64,000 nt of DNA from positions 41,869-105,868 of IMG/VR virus record IMGVR_UViG_3300037067_017690; one strand, given 5' to 3'. A program made the translations under genes and the position numbers. Position 1 is the stretch's first letter; every line of letters starts with the position of its first letter. This document shows positions 57,001 to 64,000 of this stretch, one piece after another. The notes under the pieces are model-generated. The model was not told the origin of the DNA, searched no databases, and saw nothing but the letters and a program-made list of their open reading frames with translations. The stretch is from a virus. Taxonomy: Duplodnaviria; Caudoviricetes.

Positions 57001-57207
57001 TTATTTCTGTTCAGACTTTGGAAGCAACTTCTTTATTCGAAATCGATATAAAGGTTTCTCTCCTTTTGTAGTTTTGATTGTCGGCTGTCCGTGTGTGCCT
57101 GTGCCAAATCCAGTCACAACCGCAGGGACATTTCTAAATTTTCCCATCAGAATTTCATCGCCAATTTCCAAATCTGCCGAATTTTTAATTAATTGAGATA
57201 ATTTCAT
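57001..57207 (-). CDS. Small conserved-looking phage protein with leader (MKLSQLIKNSA)
   Basis: IGDEILMGKFRN...GQPTI. Confidence 0.65.
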   Translation of the reverse strand: MKLSQLIKNSADLEIGDEILMGKFRNVPAVVTGFGTGTHGQPTIKTTKGEKPLYRFRIKKLLPKSEQK

Positions 57208-57280
57208 TATTTTTCAAAGTTTATTGTAATTTGAAATTTTAAAATTCATTAAACAATTCTTTTTTTTTAGAATTTTAACT

Positions 57281-60200
57281 TTAAATTTTCATAATATTTA
57301 CTCTATCGCCTTCTTGTGTTACACTTTGTAAAATTTCATCACCACTATAAGTGTGTTTTAATAAATAAACCTTAAATTGCCCATCAACAAGTTGATTATA
57401 TATATTAATTGTTTTTTCTTTCATGAAAAATTGTGTTAAACAAAAATCAAAATATTCTGCTCTTTCAATTCCATTATATTCCATCACAAATTTAATTATA
57501 TAAGATTCTGAAAATTTATTTATATTAAATTCATCAATTTCAAATTTAATATATTCATTTTGAATTGTCATTGTGTATACAAAATTCGGAAAAACTTCTT
57601 TTGTTCCATTTTTAATCAATTCTATAGAAAGATTTAAATCTGTTCCAAAAGTTTGTAAAAAATCAATCTTAACATTCTTGTATGGTAAAAAATAAAAATA
57701 AATGATATTTCTTTTTGTTTCCCAATCATAATAATGTTCTGATATAATTTTTGCGTTTTTTAATATATTATCCCAATAATTTTGCAAAATATTTCCAAAT
57801 GATGTGCTGATATCCCAATTTTCTTTCAAAACTAAATTTGTGAAAATCCTTATATTATTCAATGCATCCAATGTTATTATTGATTTCTTTCTATTATTTA
57901 TCAATTGTGTCGTATATACATCTTTGATTTCAACAAATTCATTAAATTTAATAGTATATTCACTAATGCTCGGAGAATTTTCAGTTAACATCCTCACAAT
58001 ATTCCCATCGAGAATTACAAATATTTCTGAATTAATATTCGAAATTATCATTTCGTGCCAACGAATTTCAGTAAATGAATAAGTAATAGTAGAACTATCC
58101 GGAGATATTATTGTTAATACAGTAGGATTTTCTGTAATTCTTATTTTTAAAGAAACAGTATCATCATCAATATTCATAGATTGTCCAACAAATAATTCAT
58201 TATTTGCTAATAAATTACTTACATTTGCATAATCTTTGACAAATGATAATTGATGAATTTCAGTTAAGTTTGCCATAAGTAATCGTTCTTTTGCAGATCT
58301 TCCTGTAATTTTATTGATTATTAAATTTGTGAAATCGTAATTGGTAATTTCTATTGGAAAATAATTATCTATATCTGAAAATGTTTTATAAGATGATTCA
58401 AATTGTGAAATATAGTTTGTTAAACTAAAAATTGGTTTATTATTAGAACCAATTTTTATAATTTCATTAACTTGTGTTGAATCTATAGTAGCAATTACAG
58501 GCAGAAAATTATTTAGAGTAATAGTTCCGCAATAATAATCATCAAGATTCAAAATCACAGGGTTCACTAAAGATCCACCACCATTTTGGAATTTTATACC
58601 GAAATGTGTTAATGGGGTAATTGGTTCATCTGTAAAAAATTGATATACAAAAGCTTCTTTGCGAATATTATAGTTATACATGTAAATAAACATTTCATTA
58701 TGATAAACAGTTAATTGAATCAAATATTCATTTGGAATTAATTCATTTGTTTCGCTATCGTAAGCAATTTCAAAAAATTGATTTATATCTTCTCCTATTT
58801 GAAAAATATATTCTTTAAACAATTCCATATTATTTTTAGAAACAAAATAAGCAATTGTAGAAAAATTTAAAGATATTTCATAATTATTGAATATAAAAGA
58901 CATGATTCCATTTTGATCTGTTTTAATTAATTTACTATTGAAAAAAAATCCACTTTTGTAATTTAAATTAGTATTTTCAATGAGCCCATATTCTCCGGGA
59001 ATCATGTCTTTTTTAAATTCTATTGAAATTCCAGTTCCACTATGACCATAATATACATTTAAAGGATTTGATAAAGTATATAAATAAAATGTGTCTCGTG
59101 TATTTTTAATTTCTCCAATTTTTGGAATATTCAAAGAAAATGAAATTCCATTTACAACATAATTTTTAACAATAGCATTTGTGATATTAAATGCAAATAT
59201 TGGTAATAATGTTTTATATGTTTTATGATATCGAAATGGGTATATGATACATGTATCTACATATTTTCCAATTAATCCAAAATTATACAAAGATGAATCG
59301 AAAAGTTTGTCTGTTTCAAATTTTTTATCTTGTGAAGAAATTGATTCTATAAATCTGAGAATGATCGAAGAATCGTGAATAAAATATTCTGGCATTATTG
59401 TAGTAACTGAATTAAATTCTTCTAAAAATTCTTGATCTGCTTCTTCTTTTCCTCCTCCGGCAACTTCGGCATTTTGAAATCTTGCATTAGCATCTCTTGT
59501 GAAATCTCCAATTAATATATTGAAAAATCTTGCATCATACAAATTAATTTTACCAACTTGATATTCTGTATTATATCCATTGTAATATTGTAATAAAGAT
59601 TTATCAATGGTGAATGGGTCTAAATAAGAATTACTTGCATTCCAATTACCATTTAATAAAGTAATTTCTGTATTGACTATAGAACTAAATTGTTCAAATT
59701 TTGTTATTAATCTTGCTTCGTATAAAATATGTCCATTAATTACATCAGATGGATTTACTGTAGAATCATGATAAATTTTTCTTTCTCCAGATTCCACAGT
59801 TGCTATTTTTATTCCATTTCTATATATATCGATATATGAATCAGAAATATTTGGAGGACTTAAATCAATAATACACCCTGTGGTTACTTGTTGAATTGTA
59901 ATTGCCCAATTCTGATAAATTGTCTGTAATGATGAATTTTCTGCATCATGCCAATATTGACAAAATCCATCAAATACTTTTGTTTTGACCTCATCAGTTA
60001 ATTTAATTGAATAGTAGTAGGAACCCGTGTGTAGATAATTCTTAGATACGGCAAAGCGTTTTATAGCATTGTTATTGGTTAAGGTAGCCTCATTTAATAC
60101 GACTCTTAAATCATCGCTAATGAGAGTTATATGAGTCGTTATACTATCAGGGATAAGATTATTATCATCAGTAAACAATTTAAAACATAATTCATTGTTT

Positions 60201-61918
60201 TCAAAATATGGAGTTTTTACTGATAGATTTGGCCAAGAAATTTCACCAATATAGAAAGCAGGTAAACTCGCACAACAAGAAGGAGCACCCATAGCTAATT
60301 TATTTGGATATGTAAATTTTCCTAAGATAGCACATTTAGGAGCAACATGAACATTGCCATATTTATCAATAGCAAAACTTCTCGTGAAAATAAAATCTTC
60401 TCCATATGTTTGATAAGGAATGTAGATAATTTTTGAATTAGAAGAAAACACAATCTCGGAATGAGCAAGATTACCATTTGCATAATAGTAAATTTCCATT
60501 TTTATACGTTTGAAAAAATCTATATCATCTGAATGATCAATACCAGTTAAATCATATGGATCTTTTAAAATATGTGTAAAAATAAATCTTGTATTTATTT
60601 CATCATAAACAATATTGATATCTGAAATTACTGGTTGAGTAAAATCACCAATTTCAAGAAATGGATTAGTTTCTTCAATATCAATCGCATTACTTGTATA
60701 AGTAGCTATATAGTTTAAAAATTTTTGATCATGCACATATTTGACTTGTAAATCTTTTAAAGGATTGAGTAATTGATTTTTGGTATTGGTAATCATAGTA
60801 GAAAAAGTATTAGACCCCAGCCAATATCCACATGCATTTTCAGATAATTTTTTAGCGAATACATCTTTATCAGCAGTATGATAATCTGTATCAACATCAG
60901 TCATGCCAGAAAGATAATTTGAATCATAAAGAGTATAATTGAATGATTCTGTAAAATAAAATGCCCAAATATCTTTGTTGGCAATATGAATTAATTCATC
61001 AAACCATGAAGAATAATAATCATCACGATTTTTTCCCATGATAATATAAATTAATTGAGAACCATCTCTTTTTGCATATTGAAAAAAATCAGTAGTTGTT
61101 GTTAAGATATTAAATGGATTAGACATTTTTAATTCGTAAACATCATTAATATTATAAAATTCCGGATTTAAGAACCACCCATTTCTATTTTGCCAATCTT
61201 CAAAAGATTGAGGATCAGTCCAAACATCAGCATAATTCCTTGCTATTGGCGTGGTAGTAAAAAATAATAATTTTTCAACATGATAAACATAATTGGAAGT
61301 CAACCAACTCATTCGTTCTGAATCATTTAAAGGATAATTTCCATTAGTTATATAAAATAATGGATCTAAAACAGATTTGGCCATACCAATTTTTGCTCTA
61401 GTAAAAGGGACTTTAGGTAAAAAATATTCAATTGTAGTAACTATAAAATTGGCAGCTTGCCAATATGCATGAGTAAAAAAACGATCTTCATTAATAATAA
61501 AAAATGGTTTTGAGAATGTATCTGATGGATCATAAGCATAATTAGGGAAATAAGTAAGACATTCATTTTGAAGAAAATTATCAGAACTTTCTGTTTTCTT
61601 ATATCTGCGATTGGAAGTTGCCGGATTAATCCATCCAATATTCGCTGATGCTATTTTTACATCTAATCCTGAAGAAATTAATTCTCTAATCATTTGAAGA
61701 ATTGAAGAAGCATTTGAAATATATGTACCAGCATTAGATTCATTAGTTCCATCTAAACATAATACAATATCGTATTTTGTTGGTTTTGAATAAATTTCCT
61801 CCTTGTAATCATCTCCATTAAAAAAATTTACATCAAAAGTAACATTTTGAATGGCGGAAATAGGAGTTCCTTTTTGAATCCGGATAGATTGAAAATTTTG
61901 AGAATTTATAGTGCTCAT
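57281..61918 (-). CDS. Large (1545 aa) putative virion protein with N-terminal VWA-like segment
   Basis: DIVLCLDGTNES resembles VWA first strand/MIDAS; IYRNGIKIATV FN3-like segment. Confidence 0.55.
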   Translation of the reverse strand: MSTINSQNFQSIRIQKGTPISAIQNVTFDVNFFNGDDYKEEIYSKPTKYDIVLCLDGTNESNAGTYISNASSILQMIRELISSGLDVKIASANIGWINPATSNRRYKKTESSDNFLQNECLTYFPNYAYDPSDTFSKPFFIINEDRFFTHAYWQAANFIVTTIEYFLPKVPFTRAKIGMAKSVLDPLFYITNGNYPLNDSERMSWLTSNYVYHVEKLLFFTTTPIARNYADVWTDPQSFEDWQNRNGWFLNPEFYNINDVYELKMSNPFNILTTTTDFFQYAKRDGSQLIYIIMGKNRDDYYSSWFDELIHIANKDIWAFYFTESFNYTLYDSNYLSGMTDVDTDYHTADKDVFAKKLSENACGYWLGSNTFSTMITNTKNQLLNPLKDLQVKYVHDQKFLNYIATYTSNAIDIEETNPFLEIGDFTQPVISDINIVYDEINTRFIFTHILKDPYDLTGIDHSDDIDFFKRIKMEIYYYANGNLAHSEIVFSSNSKIIYIPYQTYGEDFIFTRSFAIDKYGNVHVAPKCAILGKFTYPNKLAMGAPSCCASLPAFYIGEISWPNLSVKTPYFENNELCFKLFTDDNNLIPDSITTHITLISDDLRVVLNEATLTNNNAIKRFAVSKNYLHTGSYYYSIKLTDEVKTKVFDGFCQYWHDAENSSLQTIYQNWAITIQQVTTGCIIDLSPPNISDSYIDIYRNGIKIATVESGERKIYHDSTVNPSDVINGHILYEARLITKFEQFSSIVNTEITLLNGNWNASNSYLDPFTIDKSLLQYYNGYNTEYQVGKINLYDARFFNILIGDFTRDANARFQNAEVAGGGKEEADQEFLEEFNSVTTIMPEYFIHDSSIILRFIESISSQDKKFETDKLFDSSLYNFGLIGKYVDTCIIYPFRYHKTYKTLLPIFAFNITNAIVKNYVVNGISFSLNIPKIGEIKNTRDTFYLYTLSNPLNVYYGHSGTGISIEFKKDMIPGEYGLIENTNLNYKSGFFFNSKLIKTDQNGIMSFIFNNYEISLNFSTIAYFVSKNNMELFKEYIFQIGEDINQFFEIAYDSETNELIPNEYLIQLTVYHNEMFIYMYNYNIRKEAFVYQFFTDEPITPLTHFGIKFQNGGGSLVNPVILNLDDYYCGTITLNNFLPVIATIDSTQVNEIIKIGSNNKPIFSLTNYISQFESSYKTFSDIDNYFPIEITNYDFTNLIINKITGRSAKERLLMANLTEIHQLSFVKDYANVSNLLANNELFVGQSMNIDDDTVSLKIRITENPTVLTIISPDSSTITYSFTEIRWHEMIISNINSEIFVILDGNIVRMLTENSPSISEYTIKFNEFVEIKDVYTTQLINNRKKSIITLDALNNIRIFTNLVLKENWDISTSFGNILQNYWDNILKNAKIISEHYYDWETKRNIIYFYFLPYKNVKIDFLQTFGTDLNLSIELIKNGTKEVFPNFVYTMTIQNEYIKFEIDEFNINKFSESYIIKFVMEYNGIERAEYFDFCLTQFFMKEKTINIYNQLVDGQFKVYLLKHTYSGDEILQSVTQEGDRVNIMKI

Positions 61919-61923
61919 GAAAG

Positions 61924-61970
61924 AATTTTACGCTTTTTATCTTTACAAGTTCAGCAATAAGATCTATAAT
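61924..61970. promoter_or_regulatory. Back-to-back late (minus, TAAAATT 61924-61930) and early (plus, TCTTTACA-17-TATAAT 61940-61970) promoters
   Basis: Both motifs read directly. Confidence 0.7.
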
Positions 61971-62026
61971 ATATCTAAAAGAAGATTTGAAATGGTAATT
62001 TACAAAATCAAGAGATATGGGATAAT

Positions 62027-62242
62027 ATGAGTTGTTTACATAAAAATATTGAATTACGGTATAGAAAATTTCCGAAAGGAAAATCTTATTGCGAACAATG
62101 TCTTGATTGTGGAGAAATGATCAAACAAGAACATGGCGGGTATTATATAGCAGTGAAAGATTTAGCGAAGGAAGATATTAATGACACACCTGAATTTATT
62201 AATTTTAAGAGAGATCCAGATCAATTAGAATTGGAGTTATAA
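62027..62242 (+). CDS. Small zinc-ribbon protein
   Basis: CLH...CLDCG. Confidence 0.55.
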   Translation: MSCLHKNIELRYRKFPKGKSYCEQCLDCGEMIKQEHGGYYIAVKDLAKEDINDTPEFINFKRDPDQLELEL

Positions 62243-62244
62243 AT

Positions 62245-62475
62245 ATGGATTCTGCAAAACAAATAAAAGTTCTGTATTCGAGAAGTATTGATATAATTGA
62301 TTCAATGTGGGTTATTTACAGAATTGATAATCCATCCGCAAGATTGGTGACAGATACAGAAAAAGACGCAATCGAAGGTCAGAAAATTTTGACCTCAAAA
62401 TTTAAAACTCACAAAGTGAAATTTTCTTATTGCACTTTGCATGATTATTTCAATATTTTAAAAAAGGCAAAATGA
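62245..62475 (+). CDS. Hypothetical protein
   Basis: 76 aa, GGAG SD. Confidence 0.5.
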   Translation: MDSAKQIKVLYSRSIDIIDSMWVIYRIDNPSARLVTDTEKDAIEGQKILTSKFKTHKVKFSYCTLHDYFNILKKAK

Positions 62476-62476
62476 T

Positions 62477-63094
62477 ATGAATGATGAACAAATATTTTTG
62501 CAAGAAAAAGGATTTCATGAGTCTGTGCAAGAAAAGTCTCTACAAAAAGAAATTGACGATATGATTGCCGAGATAGTACAACACATTGATGGCGTGAAAG
62601 AACATATTAAAGAAGCTGGCAAAATATATATTGAATTGCTAAAAAAGGATCCGAATGTAAAAGAAAGATTTAGAGAATTCAATATTTCGTATGCTGTTTT
62701 GAATTTCTTAGAACGAGTTGGCAGAGGAAATATACTACCAGAATTTCTTTACACACCATTCCAAAATTGCAAGTTGCCTATATCTGAACAACAAAAAATC
62801 GCAAAAGGTACAATTCCAATGTTGGTAATCCGTGATGGGGAAGAAGATACAATTCTCGTTGATTTACTTAATTCCCCACCAAACGTGTTAAAACAAATCA
62901 TTCCAGATGGCAGAATATTGAATATCAAAGAACAAAAACAATATTTGATTGCGGAATCAAATAAAAAAGGAGTAATAATTGAAGAGTCTATATGGAAAAT
63001 AGTTGGCTCTGCCGTTCACATAAAACCAAGTGATAAAGTTACAAAGATCACCAAAAAAGAACTGATGCAAATGCTTAAATTGATGAAAGAATAA
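62477..63094 (+). CDS. Hypothetical protein
   Basis: 205-aa ORF. Confidence 0.6.
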   Translation: MNDEQIFLQEKGFHESVQEKSLQKEIDDMIAEIVQHIDGVKEHIKEAGKIYIELLKKDPNVKERFREFNISYAVLNFLERVGRGNILPEFLYTPFQNCKLPISEQQKIAKGTIPMLVIRDGEEDTILVDLLNSPPNVLKQIIPDGRILNIKEQKQYLIAESNKKGVIIEESIWKIVGSAVHIKPSDKVTKITKKELMQMLKLMKE

Positions 63095-63825
63095 TGAGAA
63101 ATCAAACCGAAAAAAATAAACAATATTATTTAGCTCACAGAGAGCAAGAAATAAAACGATCAATCGAATATCAGAAAACTCATAAAACACAAGTAAAAGA
63201 AAAGATGAGAGAATGGAGACAAAAAAATCGCGAAGGAATTCTGAAAAAGAAACGAGAATACCGGAAAACTCATATAGTCCAAGTGTTAAAAAAAGAAGCT
63301 GAATATCGCGAAAAATATCGCGAAAAATATCGAGAAAAATATCGTGAATATAAAAGATTATGGTATTTAAAAAATCGTGAAAAAATTGCGAAAGCTGCGT
63401 CAGAATATAACAGAACTCATAAAAAAGAAATAGCTGAAAAGAATGCGAGATATAGACAAGAAAATAAAAAAGTGCTTAGTGAAAAACAAAAGGAAAAATA
63501 CGTTAGAAATTTAAACGATTTTAAAAAAAGAAGTAGAGAATACTATTTAAAAAATCGAGATGTAATGATTGAAAGAGCAGCAAAGTGGACAAAAGAACAC
63601 GCTAAAGATCTCAACTATATAGAATCATGTAGAAAACGTAGAAAGAAATATTACGAAAAAAACCGAGAAAAAGTAAATAAGAAACAACAAGAATCAAAGT
63701 TAAAACATTCAAGAGTTATGACCAGAGATATGTCGATTATAAAGTTCATTTATTCTTTTAAAATGGCTTTAAAAAATATTTCGCCCGATAAAAATTTTAT
63801 ACTCAAAGAAGACCGTCCCAAATGA
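63094..63825 (+). CDS. Highly basic K/R/E/Y repeat helical protein
   Basis: YxxxNREK repeats; 12-bp tandem (YREK x4) at ~63304-63350. Confidence 0.65.
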   Translation: MRNQTEKNKQYYLAHREQEIKRSIEYQKTHKTQVKEKMREWRQKNREGILKKKREYRKTHIVQVLKKEAEYREKYREKYREKYREYKRLWYLKNREKIAKAASEYNRTHKKEIAEKNARYRQENKKVLSEKQKEKYVRNLNDFKKRSREYYLKNRDVMIERAAKWTKEHAKDLNYIESCRKRRKKYYEKNREKVNKKQQESKLKHSRVMTRDMSIIKFIYSFKMALKNISPDKNFILKEDRPK

Positions 63826-64000
63826 TTAAAGTAAAAGGTAAATACACGAATATATCAAATGTGTTTTATGAGATTCATGTCCACTTTAGGAGGACAAAAT
63901 GTTTGTAATTAATGGTAAGTATACTGTGGAATCTCTTACAATGAAAAAAAGTAAATCAAAATCAGAATATGAAAGACAGATTTCTATCGCTCAAAATTTT

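Overview
Strongly AT-rich, densely coding window in the standard genetic code that reads as part of a large (jumbo-type) bacteriophage genome. No capsid, terminase or portal gene is recognisable here, so the phage call is an inference from gene content. Blocks of large virion/tail-like genes (mostly minus strand, up to 2552 aa) are interleaved with plus-strand clusters of small hypothetical genes. Recognisable genes: an N-terminal-only DnaE ending in a Hint/intein-like tail, a ferritin-like protein, acyl carrier protein, peptide deformylase, Thg1, a papain-like protease, an SF2 helicase, an M15 peptidase (likely endolysin), DUF932, a ParB-like protein, two KxTNLEKYG-repeat endonuclease-like genes, one intact and one deleted IS607 element. 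Best candidates for new biology: (1) a phage-encoded two-component cascade (sensorless histidine kinase plus REC-HD-GYP phosphodiesterase) next to a small alarmone hydrolase, i.e. viral control of nucleotide second messengers; (2) a split DnaE with a 39-aa intein-N-like tail and an internal duplicated palm segment; (3) a shared N-terminal K-x-A leader on many late proteins, including the ferritin, suggesting capsid targeting; (4) an unclassified ~150-nt structured RNA at 14173-14324; (5) three distinct promoter motif classes, one driving apparently leaderless late mRNAs; (6) GC-rich self-complementary islands embedded in structural genes. All family assignments come from motifs read by eye; no searches were run.
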